A DNA stretch of 64,000 nucleotides, from IMG/VR virus record IMGVR_UViG_2765235997_000001, positions 23,089 through 87,088 of that record. One strand, given 5' to 3'. Below are positions 37,250 to 46,338 of the stretch, piece after piece (positions within the stretch are counted from its first letter, which is position 1; every line of letters starts with the position of its first letter). The notes under the pieces are model-generated. The model did no database searches. It was given only the letters and a program-made list of their open reading frames with translations, and had not been told where the DNA came from. The translations under genes were made by a program, and so were the position numbers. This DNA comes from a virus (taxonomy: Duplodnaviria; Caudoviricetes).

Positions 37250-37648
37250 ATGGACATCGTACAGACTTCCCCTGCCCTCGTCTCCCCGGTCTTGTCGGCC
37301 CCGGTTCCTCCGCAGCCGCCGGCCCCGGCCGCCCCGACCGCGCATCCGACGTCGTGCCCGTCGTGGTGCAAGGACCGGAACTATCCGGCGGGTCACAACT
37401 CGTCGCCGCGTGACACCGCCCACCGGTCGCGTGCTCTGGAGCTGAAGCTGTCGGGTGAGACGGCGACGGTGACGTTGGTCCGTGCGGAGTTGTTCCGCCT
37501 GGACGAGCTGGACGACGTCGGCGAGACGGTGTTGTACGTGCAGGGGGAGGACGAGCAGGGCTCGTCGGGTCCTGAGGTGGAGATGTTCGTGGCGAACCTG
37601 ATCGCGTTCACGGAGAACGTGCGGATCCTGCGCGGACAGATGGGCTGA
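37250..37648 (+). CDS. DUF6907-like protein
   Basis: AAGGAG RBS; CPSWC...H...H motif. Confidence 0.6.
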   Translation: MDIVQTSPALVSPVLSAPVPPQPPAPAAPTAHPTSCPSWCKDRNYPAGHNSSPRDTAHRSRALELKLSGETATVTLVRAELFRLDELDDVGETVLYVQGEDEQGSSGPEVEMFVANLIAFTENVRILRGQMG

Positions 37649-37783
37649 TCAGCCCCTGCGGTTTCTCACGGCCGGGCAGCTGGTGCTGCCCGGCCGTTTC
37701 CAGATCGGCGGGCGGGTCCCGCGTTCCCTCAGGAGTGCTGTGTTTGTGCTGCTCGGCGTTGGTCGTTGCGGTGGAGGTTGTGG

Positions 37784-39007
37784 ATGAGTAGCGAGTTGCG
37801 CCGTCAGTTGCGTGAGGCGTTGGGGCCGGAGATCAAGGGGTTGCAGCGGGCTGTGGCGTTGGAGATCGCCGACGACGCCCGGTACGACGACGGGTGGCGG
37901 TTCGATGCGGCCCGGGGCCGGCGCAGCAAGGTGCGCTTGGCGGACCTGGTGCGGTGGACGGGGGCGAAGAACGAGCGGGTGGTCCGGGATGCGCTGCGGA
38001 GCTTGTCGCTGGCCGGCTGGGAGTTCCGGCTGCCGATCGGTGTGGGTACGGATGGGCGCCCGATGTATGCGATTCCTGGGGTGGCGATGCAGTACCGGGT
38101 GCCGGACTTCAGGGCGCCGGTCGCCGTCACCCCGGAAGGGACAGCCACCACTGGCCCTTCGGTTGAGCAAGGGACAGTCACGGCTGGCCCTATGGATCCG
38201 GAAGGGCCAGTGGTGGCTGCACAAGGGCCAGTCACCACTGCGCAAGAGCCAGCCGTGACTGCAGAAGGGCCAGTGGTGACTGGCCCCCCTTCTCCTGTTC
38301 TTCTCCTTGCTTCTCCTCAAGACTCTCCCTCCTCCTCCGGGCCGTTGCCGTCTGCGGGTGATGAGCCGGCCGCCGAGGGAGGAGGCGGTGGCGATTTCCT
38401 TCATCAAAACGAGGACCGAGGTGCCGCCACCGGTACGCCGGAACTCCACCCGCAGGCCGAGCCGTTGGTCGCCGCCCTGGACTTCCGTGGCCGCCCGCCG
38501 GGGTCGAAGCAACGTCGGCGGTTGGTCGCTTCGGTCGCTGCCGCTTTGGACGCCGGCTGGGTGGAGCAGGACTTGAAGACGTACCTCGACCTCGGGGGCG
38601 CGGCGGTGAACTCGGCTGCGGCCGTGTACGCGCACCGGCTGGCCGCGGATGAGCTCCCGGACCCGGCAACCTTCCGGGAGGCTGCGAGACGACCCCTGGA
38701 GGGCACGGACGCGGTTGTAGACGGGTGGATGACCCTGTCCCGGCAGCTGGGTGACGAGCGGGAGCATGCCCCGGCCGGGAACCGGGCGTCAGGGCGCCGC
38801 GGGTACAGCGGGCCAGCACGCCCCAACACTGTCTGGGATCGCATCGCAGCGGACGCCGCGAACGGCGTGTCACCCCCGGGCGCCGAGAAGTACAAGCACT
38901 GCGGCACCTGCGACCCGGTCACCCGGATGCGTAAAGGGGATGACTGGACCGGGCAGGGGAAGCACAGCCCATGCGGCCGTTGCCACCCGTCAATGCAGTT
39001 CAGCTAG
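37784..39007 (+). CDS. Putative replication initiator (second), with internal iterons
   Basis: N-terminal wHTH-like region, repeat-encoded linker, C-terminal CxxC...CxxCHP; lambda O-like layout. Confidence 0.6.
   Translation: MSSELRRQLREALGPEIKGLQRAVALEIADDARYDDGWRFDAARGRRSKVRLADLVRWTGAKNERVVRDALRSLSLAGWEFRLPIGVGTDGRPMYAIPGVAMQYRVPDFRAPVAVTPEGTATTGPSVEQGTVTAGPMDPEGPVVAAQGPVTTAQEPAVTAEGPVVTGPPSPVLLLASPQDSPSSSGPLPSAGDEPAAEGGGGGDFLHQNEDRGAATGTPELHPQAEPLVAALDFRGRPPGSKQRRRLVASVAAALDAGWVEQDLKTYLDLGGAAVNSAAAVYAHRLAADELPDPATFREAARRPLEGTDAVVDGWMTLSRQLGDEREHAPAGNRASGRRGYSGPARPNTVWDRIAADAANGVSPPGAEKYKHCGTCDPVTRMRKGDDWTGQGKHSPCGRCHPSMQFS
38135..38338. repeat. Iteron array and pyrimidine tract (putative origin)
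   Basis: Six AAGGG(A/C)CAG-N6-CTG units (one with a mismatch) at 38135, 38168, 38201, 38222, 38243, 38264, then C/T-rich tract. Confidence 0.72.
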
Positions 39008-39085
39008 CAAAACAGTCAGAACTCGGGACGCGGGCACCTATTCCGGGACAACATCAGATCCACACTCGCCCTTCGAGAGGACAGC

Positions 39086-39739
39086 ATGACCATCAAACCC
39101 ATAGAAACCCGGTATGCCAGCCACCGGTTCCGTTCCCGCCTCGAAGCCCGCTGGGCCGTCTTCTTCGACACTCTCGGCCTCCGTTGGGAGTACGAACCAC
39201 AGGGGTACCTCGTCGGCCCGGAACGTAAGCCCTACCTTCCCGACTTCTGGCTCCCCAAGGAGCGGCTGTGGGTCGAGGTCAAGGGGTCCGAGGAGCACTT
39301 GGACGTCGAACTGCTCGTCCACGCGGCCTCACTCGACACCGGCCTGCCTCGGACCACCGAGCCGCACGTCGTCAGCGAGCACGAAGCCCGCCTGCTGGTC
39401 CTCGGGCCGCATGGGCGCGGCGTCCACGGGCTCATCGACAAGGCCAGCAAGGAGCACGTGGGGTACGTGCTGCCCATCCACACGGCCCTGACCATCCGCA
39501 AGGGCGACGTGTTCCAGAGCCACGCCTGGTTCTCGCAGAACGGCGTGACGGTCGACCCCACCGAGGATCGAATCGCCGACGACTCCGTGGATATCGACTG
39601 GGAGGGGCGCGGTCACCGCTGGGGCAACCTCGTTGGCGGCGGCGGCATGATCTCCGAAGACAAGTACGACGAGACAGTCGTCAACGCGTACCAGAGCGCC
39701 ATTTCAGCCCGCTTCGAGCACGGTCAGAGCGGAGCCTGA
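39086..39739 (+). CDS. PD-(D/E)XK-family nuclease
   Basis: FRSRLEARWA..F...WEYEP...YLPDFWL...VEVKG. Confidence 0.8.
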   Translation: MTIKPIETRYASHRFRSRLEARWAVFFDTLGLRWEYEPQGYLVGPERKPYLPDFWLPKERLWVEVKGSEEHLDVELLVHAASLDTGLPRTTEPHVVSEHEARLLVLGPHGRGVHGLIDKASKEHVGYVLPIHTALTIRKGDVFQSHAWFSQNGVTVDPTEDRIADDSVDIDWEGRGHRWGNLVGGGGMISEDKYDETVVNAYQSAISARFEHGQSGA

Positions 39740-39749
39740 CCTGCACGCC

Positions 39750-39780
39750 AGGCCGCCCCCGCAGGATTCGGGGGCGGCCT
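39750..39780 (+). terminator. Terminator hairpin
   Basis: AGGCCGCCCCCG-N7-CGGGGGCGGCCT followed by TCTTC. Confidence 0.7.
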
Positions 39781-39962
39781 TCTTCAGCTAACCACGGGGC
39801 CCAAGTGCCGACGAGGCAGTAACGCCCCGTGTTGCCCTGGCGCGGAGGCGACGACGACGGACTGCGGCGGGGCGGGTCAGCGGCGAGGTGTGCCGAGATG
39901 CAGGGTCTGCGGTCTGGGGTGAGCCTGGAAGGAGACCCCCTGCTTCCACCGCTTGGAGAGCC

Positions 39963-40208
39963 ATGATCGTCAAAATGCTGCATGACAAGGGCCTCAAGGC
40001 CGAGCACGCGTACACGGCCGGCTTCGTGTCGATCGGGTTGTCGATCGCGTCGTGGTGCGGGTCGATGAAGCTTGAGCCGGCGGGCACTGCGCGCGCTGAC
40101 CGGTGGGGGATCTTCGTCGGGGAGTGGGCGCCGACGTTCTTCGGCCTTGGTCTGGCGTTGGCGCACTACGAGCATGATGAGGACACGCTGCACTCGGTGA
40201 CGCACTGA
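39963..40208 (+). CDS. Small actinobacterial membrane protein (host-like moron)
   Basis: GGAG RBS; two hydrophobic segments; ADRWGIFVGEWAPTFF. Confidence 0.7.
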   Translation: MIVKMLHDKGLKAEHAYTAGFVSIGLSIASWCGSMKLEPAGTARADRWGIFVGEWAPTFFGLGLALAHYEHDEDTLHSVTH

Positions 40209-40294
40209 CGGCGCCGTTGGCCGCTGACGAGACCCCCGCCCAGTCGGGCAGGGGCCTCGTTGCGCTCGGGCGGTGATGCCGTTTCGAGGCGCCC

Positions 40295-40543
40295 TTACCC
40301 TTCGGCGTCGCGCCATGCGGTGGGGAATCCGGGGGTGTGGGCGTAGAGGGTGGCGATAGGCGTGAGGATGCCGCCGAGGATGCCTTCCCGGTACTTCGCG
40401 ATGATGGGGTCGTCTTCGGGGTGGCCCATGTCGAGGAGTTGGGTGCAGGTGGTGATGGCTGCGCGGTGGGCTGCGGCTTGTGGGGTGGTGTCGTCGGCGA
40501 GGACGGTGTCTAGGTGCTGGGCCAGTTCGGCGTAGGGGGTCAT
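40295..40543 (-). CDS. Hypothetical protein
   Basis: AGGAG RBS. Confidence 0.6.
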   Translation of the reverse strand: MTPYAELAQHLDTVLADDTTPQAAAHRAAITTCTQLLDMGHPEDDPIIAKYREGILGGILTPIATLYAHTPGFPTAWRDAEG

Positions 40544-40635
40544 GGGGGCTCCTGGTGGATGTTGGCTGGTGGGGAGCGTTGCAGGCTGGTCGTCGCAAGC
40601 TGGGTAATCGTGGCCCCCGTCACCCTTCCGGGTGA

Positions 40636-40680
40636 ATCTTAGGAACCCCCTTGCTTTTAATCTTAGGGGGGTGCTAACTT
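40636..40680 (+). promoter_or_regulatory. Promoter TTGCTT-18-TAACTT with two AATCTTAGG repeats
   Basis: AT-rich patch; repeats at 40636 and 40659. Confidence 0.6.
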
Positions 40681-40725
40681 TGAGTTGTCGCCGGGGGAAG
40701 CCCCGAACAACCCGAGGAGATCAGC

Positions 40726-41655
40726 ATGCTGCGAGTCGTCCGCTCCACCGTTCAGGGCCTCAACATCGACGCCGACCTTGAAGACGACTACGCAGCCGCC
40801 GCCGAGGCTGGAGAGCTCCTCCACGAGACGTACACCAGCGACAAGAACCTCACCATCGAGGTCCGCGCCTACACCGACCCCGCCGGCCAGAACCGGTTCG
40901 CCGTCCTCTACAGCCACGGCGCCGACATCGACTGGCAGGACACCCCCGACTACGTCGAAGCCCGCAACTCCTACGAGGAGAGCGTCCGCGAGACCGAGAA
41001 GGGCGTGCCGGTCGACGTAGACGACGACGGCAACGAGGTGCCGCTCTTCGAGACCACCGACGTGCGCGGCGTCGCCAACTACGAGGAAGGCTCCGAGGAG
41101 TCGGGGGAGGCCGAGGCGTACCTGCTGCTCGCCGAGTGGGCCACCGCCGAGGCCGAGAAGGCGCAGGAGATCGCCGCCGAGAAGACGCAGGCCCGGCAGG
41201 CCGCCTACGCCCTCGCCATCAACACCTTCGGCCGGGGCGGCAACGCGGTCCTGGCCCGCCGCGTTGGGAAGAGCGAGCCGACCGTGAAGGACATCGCGGA
41301 CCGTGGCCGGCTGATCCTGGAGGCTCAGCGCCGGGAGCAGTTCTCCGTCGACCTGTTCGAGGACAACGCTGGCGGCCTGTACCTGCGCAAGGCCGGTGAC
41401 ACCACTGGCTGGTTCCTGGGTGCCGGGGCCGAGCACACCTGCGGGCCGTTCACGGACGACGCGAAGGCGTGGCGCGACGGCGACTGGGAGCCCAACGAGA
41501 ACGACGGGCAGACCCCCAATTACGACATGAACACCACCGACCTGACCCACATCGCTTCGTGGTCCGCCAAGGACTGGCTGAAGGTCATCGACGGCCCGTC
41601 CGCGGTGCCGGCTGCTGGAGCAGCCGGCAGCATCTACCTCGGCATCAAGGACTAA
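40726..41655 (+). CDS. Acidic 309-aa protein with central HTH-like segment
   Basis: GAGGAG RBS; D/E-rich ends; NAVLARRVGKSEPTVKDIA. Confidence 0.75.
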   Translation: MLRVVRSTVQGLNIDADLEDDYAAAAEAGELLHETYTSDKNLTIEVRAYTDPAGQNRFAVLYSHGADIDWQDTPDYVEARNSYEESVRETEKGVPVDVDDDGNEVPLFETTDVRGVANYEEGSEESGEAEAYLLLAEWATAEAEKAQEIAAEKTQARQAAYALAINTFGRGGNAVLARRVGKSEPTVKDIADRGRLILEAQRREQFSVDLFEDNAGGLYLRKAGDTTGWFLGAGAEHTCGPFTDDAKAWRDGDWEPNENDGQTPNYDMNTTDLTHIASWSAKDWLKVIDGPSAVPAAGAAGSIYLGIKD

Positions 41656-41673
41656 GCGATCCCGAACACGCGA

Positions 41674-41707
41674 CCGCGGCCCCTACCCGTCTGGGTGGGG
41701 GCCGCGG
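41674..41707. terminator. Convergent terminator hairpin
   Basis: CCGCGGCCCCTACCC-GTCT-GGGTGGGGGCCGCGG. Confidence 0.75.
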
Positions 41708-41718
41708 CATGTCCGGGG

Positions 41719-41922
41719 TCAGCGCTGGTGGCAGTCGCATTCGCAGCCGGCCCCGCACCATTTGCACTCGGCTGGCTTCTTCGCCCCCGCCTTCCCGGTC
41801 TTCCCCTGGCAGTACCCGTGCTCCCCGTGCAGGCAGCTGGTCGACAGGTAGTGGTGGGCGCCGTGCCGGTGGGCGTACCGGGTGAGGGCGGTCGCGAGAC
41901 GACCAGCAAGGCGGGGGATCAC
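41719..41922 (-). CDS. Small Cys/His-rich protein
   Basis: HYLSTSCLHGEHGYC...CKWCGAGCECDCH. Confidence 0.65.
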   Translation of the reverse strand: MIPRLAGRLATALTRYAHRHGAHHYLSTSCLHGEHGYCQGKTGKAGAKKPAECKWCGAGCECDCHQR

Positions 41923-41956
41923 GTGGCTGCCCCGGCCTTATGTGCGGCCTGCTCTC

Positions 41957-42454
41957 TCATCTGGCTTCTCCTTCGGTGTCGATCCCGGGAATGCTCCGGT
42001 CGCTCTCCGCGTAGACGCGGTCGAGGCTGTCCTGGTGCGCCTCGGTCGCTTCCTTCACCTGCGACCACAAGGTGTGGAGCGTGGTGCCGGGCTCGGGCGC
42101 CCACCCGTCGAGGACTTCGCGGACCTCCTGGACTCGGGTGCCTTGCAGATCGCCGATGCGGGCATTGAGGTGGTGCTGCTTGAGCTCGGCTGCTTGCCGT
42201 TCGAGGAGCGCCCGGAGGGCATCAACCTCGGGGTCGTCCCAGACGATCGCCGTGGCCCCGCCGTGTCCGTGTACGGCTTCGGCGTCGGCTACGCCGCCGT
42301 CCCAGAAGACGATGCTGGCTCGTTCACCGGCCCATCGGACAGAGGCGGTGCCGTCTGGCCAGAGGACACCGTCGGCTACACGGCCCGTGCCGGATGCACC
42401 GGTGACATCGATCGCGCGTTGGAGGTGAAAGCGGCGTGGCAAGTTCTCGGTCAT
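41957..42454 (-). CDS. Hypothetical phage protein
   Basis: DVTGASGTGRVADGV..PDG...HGHGGAT motif. Confidence 0.7.
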   Translation of the reverse strand: MTENLPRRFHLQRAIDVTGASGTGRVADGVLWPDGTASVRWAGERASIVFWDGGVADAEAVHGHGGATAIVWDDPEVDALRALLERQAAELKQHHLNARIGDLQGTRVQEVREVLDGWAPEPGTTLHTLWSQVKEATEAHQDSLDRVYAESDRSIPGIDTEGEAR

Positions 42455-42612
42455 CGGTTCCTCTTCCGTGCTGCTCGCCGCGCGGCCCGGTTGGCGCGTG
42501 GCTGGGGTTGGTGGTCGGGGACGTACTGTTCGCCGGTGCTGCGGAGCGCGGTTTCCCACCCGGCCCCGGGGCGGCCGGCATGCTCACCCCGGGGGTTCGA
42601 CGGCCCTGTCAT
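42451..42612 (-). CDS. Small basic peptide (53 aa)
   Basis: ATGA-coupled at both ends; NRAARRAA. Confidence 0.5.
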   Translation of the reverse strand: MTGPSNPRGEHAGRPGAGWETALRSTGEQYVPDHQPQPRANRAARRAARKRNR

Positions 42613-42773
42613 GGGCGTTGCTGCTTGACGTTGCCGGCGGGGTCGAGGTGCCCGTCGGCTTGGGCGAGGAGCCGCATGGCCCGGCCGAGGACGGTGGCCG
42701 GCTGCTGGCCGCGGTACAGGCGGAGGAGTCGGGATGTGGCCGGGTCGAGGCGGACAGTCAGTGGGCGGATCAT
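42609..42773 (-). CDS. Small hypothetical protein (possible RHH)
   Basis: LTVRLD...; AAGGAG RBS; coupled. Confidence 0.55.
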   Translation of the reverse strand: MIRPLTVRLDPATSRLLRLYRGQQPATVLGRAMRLLAQADGHLDPAGNVKQQRP

Positions 42774-43021
42774 GCGATCTCCTTCGTCACGGCAGGCTGG
42801 CAGACGCAGGCGCAGTGGAGGCTGGGGCTGCCGGTGGGGCAGGGCTGGCAGGGCCCGGGGTCGGGCCGCCCGCACCCGCACAGGTCGGCCGGCGGGTTGA
42901 GTGCAGCCCGGACGAGGTGGGCGCAGCACGAGCCGACCGGGCCCGCGTCCACGACCTGACGGACACGGGCAACGATCGCCTGGAGGCGCTGAAGTTCGGT
43001 GTCGGGTGCGGTGTCAATCAT
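42770..43021 (-). CDS. Cys-rich hypothetical protein
   Basis: GAGGAG RBS. Confidence 0.55.
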   Translation of the reverse strand: MIDTAPDTELQRLQAIVARVRQVVDAGPVGSCCAHLVRAALNPPADLCGCGRPDPGPCQPCPTGSPSLHCACVCQPAVTKEIA

Positions 43022-43072
43022 GGTTCTCCTCAGGCTGCTGATCGCGGGTGGCCTCGGTGGGAAACTGGGCGA

Positions 43073-43252
43073 ATGAGTACGTCTGAGATCGCGGTGTGGT
43101 TGAAGCGGATCGCCCGCGAGGAGGTGCGGATGGAAGAGGACGGGCCGGTCGCTTCTGGCGCTCGGGAGGAACGGGCTCGGCGGCTCCGTATTGCCCGCGA
43201 GGTTCTGGTTGGGCATCTTCTTGATGACCTGCGCGGGTGCCGGGTGCGGTAG
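43073..43252 (+). CDS. Small antisense hypothetical protein
   Basis: Fills gap; GAAACT 6 nt before ATG. Confidence 0.45.
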   Translation: MSTSEIAVWLKRIAREEVRMEEDGPVASGAREERARRLRIAREVLVGHLLDDLRGCRVR

Positions 43253-43257
43253 CGGGG

Positions 43258-43578
43258 TCAGGCGGTGGTTGCGCGTTGGTCGCGGTCACGTGCGGTCCGG
43301 CATCGGGGGTACGGGCAGCCGGCCACCGGGGGCAGGTGGTGTTGCTCGCACATGGCCCGCTGGTCGGTGCACTGCCCGGCGGTCAGACGGGCCACGTCGG
43401 CGGCGAGCCGGTCGCGCTCGTCCTCGGTGTCCTCCATGCGGCGGACGAGGTCGCGGAGTTCGGTGGTGAACCGGTCGGCTTCTTCGTGCAGGAGCCGACC
43501 GCGGCGTGCTCGGTCGATGAGGTGGTTGAGCCGGGCTTCGACGACGTCGGTCGGCAGACGTTCGGGCTGGGTGGTCAC
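43258..43578 (-). CDS. Hypothetical protein
   Basis: GTGA coupling. Confidence 0.6.
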   Translation of the reverse strand: MTTQPERLPTDVVEARLNHLIDRARRGRLLHEEADRFTTELRDLVRRMEDTEDERDRLAADVARLTAGQCTDQRAMCEQHHLPPVAGCPYPRCRTARDRDQRATTA

Positions 43579-43826
43579 CGGGCCCCCTCGGTGGTGTCGT
43601 CGGCCATGGCGCGGAGGTCGGCGGCCACGAGGCGGCGTCCGGTGGCGATGTTGCGGCGTCGTCTGATGGCGTCGCACGAGGCTTGGGAGTCCTGCAGGGC
43701 GGCGGCCCGGTGCAGTACCTCGGATCGGTAGGCGGCGATCAGCTCTTCCGGGGTGCGCCCGGTGTTCGCGGCGTCGTTGAAGCTGATGGCGGCGAGCAGT
43801 TCGTCGCGGGCCTTGTTCTTGGCCAT
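43575..43826 (-). CDS. Hypothetical protein
   Basis: AAGGA RBS. Confidence 0.6.
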   Translation of the reverse strand: MAKNKARDELLAAISFNDAANTGRTPEELIAAYRSEVLHRAAALQDSQASCDAIRRRRNIATGRRLVAADLRAMADDTTEGAR

Positions 43827-43893
43827 GGCGGGTGGTCCTTCCGGGGTGTGGTGTGGCCGCCTGTGGTGGGGCGGCCACACAGCAGACGGGCGG

Positions 43894-44145
43894 TCAGGCG
43901 GCGGAGGCGTCCGGCGCTGCGGGCGGGAACGCGGCGTCGAGGGCGGCACGGATCTCGGCGGCGTCGCGCTCGTCCAACTCGACGCGCAGCAGGTTCCGGC
44001 TGGAGCCGTTGTACTTCGGCCCGGCGAGGCGGTAGCCCATGCCGCTGTCGTTCTTGTCGAGGGTGACGATGTTGAGCTGGAGGTTCTTGGTCCAGCCGTC
44101 TCGGTCAACGTCGATGACGGCGCGGCGGGCGGTGGTGTCGGTCAT
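43894..44145 (-). CDS. Hypothetical protein (GYRLAGPKYNG motif)
   Basis: GGAG RBS. Confidence 0.65.
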   Translation of the reverse strand: MTDTTARRAVIDVDRDGWTKNLQLNIVTLDKNDSGMGYRLAGPKYNGSSRNLLRVELDERDAAEIRAALDAAFPPAAPDASAA

Positions 44146-44213
44146 GTGGGTCTCCGTGGGTGGGCCGGGATCACCCGGCAGCAGGGGCGGGGGTGGTGGT
44201 GCGGCGAGTGGGG

Positions 44214-44606
44214 CTACGGAGCGGGCAGTTCGTCCTGCCGCCCCTTGCGTGCGCCCTGGATGGCGGCACAGCGGCGGCATGGCTCGTCGAAGTGGATCGG
44301 CCCGCTGCCCAGGGCCCACGCCTTCTGCGCCTTGACGTGGGCAGCGAGGGTGCCGTGGGTGGCCATGTCGTCGATCGCTTCGTCTGTCAGCTCCGGCTCG
44401 TCCAGGGGGACGTGGCAGCCGCAGGGGCATCCGGGTTCGCCGCCGATGCCGAGAGCTGCGGTGTGCGCCCAGCAGGCGTGGTGCTTGTGCTGGCGGCAGG
44501 CGGGGCAGATGGTGGTCTTCTCGCCGAAGGGGACGACGATCTTGCCGGGGCGGAGTTCGTTGTCCTGCGGTCGGTAGCCGCGACTGCGGCCAGCTCCTCG
44601 GGTCAC
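44214..44606 (-). CDS. Cys-rich hypothetical protein
   Basis: GAGGAG RBS; GTGA coupling. Confidence 0.55.
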   Translation of the reverse strand: MTRGAGRSRGYRPQDNELRPGKIVVPFGEKTTICPACRQHKHHACWAHTAALGIGGEPGCPCGCHVPLDEPELTDEAIDDMATHGTLAAHVKAQKAWALGSGPIHFDEPCRRCAAIQGARKGRQDELPAP

Positions 44607-45454
44607 CGGGTCTCCTCGGGCGCGGCAGGGACAGCGGGGGTGGCCGGTTCGACGGTGTACGTGGTCTCCTCGCGGACGATGCGGCGCTGCACCGGAGACC
44701 CGTCCGTCCACATCGGGGTGTTTTTCTCGTAGGCCGCCCGAGCGTCGACGGCCACTTCCGGGGCGTGGAACCGGGGCCCGCCCACCCACATACTGTGGCG
44801 CGGGTCGTAGATCTCAACGGCCCACTGCGTCTTAGTGGGCTGCGCCTGCTCGGTCTGGTGTGCCCCGGCGGCAGCCTCACCGGCCAGCACGGCCAGGACC
44901 GCGTCGGCGTGCTCCCCGTACTCGTCGGGCTCCATCAACTCGTCGGGGAGCCAGGTGAACCCGGACGCCTCGCAGATTGCCCGGCGGATGCGGTCCCGGG
45001 TGGCGGACCGGTCGGCAGGCGCGGGCGGGACAGCACCCTCGGGCCCGGCGAGCGCGTCCCGGAGCGCGGCCGTGCGCTCCGGGTCCAGCTCCACCCAGTA
45101 CGGCTCCCGGCCGGGCCCGGACAACAGGACGGTGGTGGTGTCGTCGTCGCCGTACATGACGTCGTCGAGACCCCACCGCAGCTGGATCGGCTCCCGCTCC
45201 TCAGCGGCCGTGTCCTCGCCCGTGGTGCCGAGGAGCTGCCGGGCCACCGCCAGGGCGGCCTCCCACATGCCGTAGCCCGGCTCGTTGTCGCGGTACGGGG
45301 CCAGCCACGCCAGGGCGTTGGCGGTCGCGTCCAGCCAGTCAGCGAGCAGCGGGTCACCATCGGCCCGGCGAAGGTCGGCAGCCTGCTGAAGAGGGGCGGC
45401 GGTCGGCCACGTGGTGCGGCGGTCGGCGGGGCGGTCAGGGGTGGTGTCGGGCAT
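44603..45454 (-). CDS. Mosaic hypothetical protein
   Basis: GGAG RBS; 283 aa. Confidence 0.6.
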   Translation of the reverse strand: MPDTTPDRPADRRTTWPTAAPLQQAADLRRADGDPLLADWLDATANALAWLAPYRDNEPGYGMWEAALAVARQLLGTTGEDTAAEEREPIQLRWGLDDVMYGDDDTTTVLLSGPGREPYWVELDPERTAALRDALAGPEGAVPPAPADRSATRDRIRRAICEASGFTWLPDELMEPDEYGEHADAVLAVLAGEAAAGAHQTEQAQPTKTQWAVEIYDPRHSMWVGGPRFHAPEVAVDARAAYEKNTPMWTDGSPVQRRIVREETTYTVEPATPAVPAAPEETR

Positions 45455-45531
45455 CAGGGGCTCCAAGTGGTCGGTACGGTTGGCGGGCCGGCTGCCCCCG
45501 GGTCGAACGGGGGCAGCCGGTACTGCGTTGT

Positions 45532-45849
45532 TCACGGGGTGCGGGGCCGGGCGGCGATCCGGCGCAGCTTGGCGTCGTAGTGGGCGGCGGGGTCAGGAAC
45601 GATCGACGCCAGGGCCACCGACGCGGTGACGATCACGTCGCACAACTCATCGGCCACATCGCCGGGGGTGTGCGTGACGCCCTTCCGCGGGTTCTGGCCG
45701 GTCACGCCGATCCACGCCTGCGCCACCTCACCGGCCTCCTCGGTCAGCTTCAGGAGGCGCAAGGTGATCTCCTGCTCGGTGCGGTCGTTCTCCTTGTCGA
45801 GCCAGGCAACGAGGCCGCGGATGGTGGACCAGTGGTCGGGGGTCGTCAT
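45532..45849 (-). CDS. MazG-like nucleotide pyrophosphohydrolase
   Basis: KLTEEAGEVA...DELCDV (EExGE...ExxD). Confidence 0.88.
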   Translation of the reverse strand: MTTPDHWSTIRGLVAWLDKENDRTEQEITLRLLKLTEEAGEVAQAWIGVTGQNPRKGVTHTPGDVADELCDVIVTASVALASIVPDPAAHYDAKLRRIAARPRTP

Positions 45850-45887
45850 GGGCTTCTCCTGGTGGGTTGGGGTGTTGGTGGTCGGGG

Positions 45888-46091
45888 TCATGCAGGGCAG
45901 CCCGGCGAGCAGGGCTCACCGTCGAGGTCGGCGCACACGACGCAGGTGATGTCGCTGTCGGCGTCGATCTCCGGGACGGCGCTGACGTCGGTGCCGCACA
46001 AGGCCAGATCGGGGTCGCAGCAGTAGAGGTGGTCGAGGTCGCTGCTGCCGTTCGACGTCTCAGCGGGCGATGGGGCGAGGCTGGTGGTCAT
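45888..46091 (-). CDS. Small Cys-rich protein
   Basis: HLYCCD..ALCG...CVVC. Confidence 0.55.
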   Translation of the reverse strand: MTTSLAPSPAETSNGSSDLDHLYCCDPDLALCGTDVSAVPEIDADSDITCVVCADLDGEPCSPGCPA

Positions 46092-46338
46092 CACAAGCTC
46101 CAGAGGGTCGGTTGCATGTGCCGGAGTTCCAGGGCGGTTTGCCCGGGAATCTGTTCGCCTGGGGGCGGGGTGGCCCGCTGGGCGTCTCCCTGGCGCTCTC
46201 CGCCCCGCTGGGACTCCGGGACACCAGAGGGCTGTTCGCCCGCGAGAGGCCTCGTTCTGCCCCGCGACGGGTGTGCCACCTCGCGCCCGCGCCCCGCCCG
46301 ACGACCGGTCCCCCGCGAGTCGGAGTTCGACGTGCGCA

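Larger units (their letters stand above)
26040..39780. mobile_element. Plasmid/AICE-type TraB conjugation and replication module embedded in the prophage (edges approximate)
   Basis: traB, traA, spd-like genes, clt-like repeats, GntR/UTRA pair, second rep with iterons; no own integrase seen. Confidence 0.78.

Noticed and set aside
38135-38289. Palindromic repeats as a mini-CRISPR or DGR
   Set aside because: In-frame within a CDS, 21/33-bp period, no spacer-length unique sequence and no reverse transcriptase
25970-40700. Independent AICE insertion with its own att sites
   Set aside because: No second recombinase and no flanking direct repeat found by eye; a computational repeat search could still overturn this
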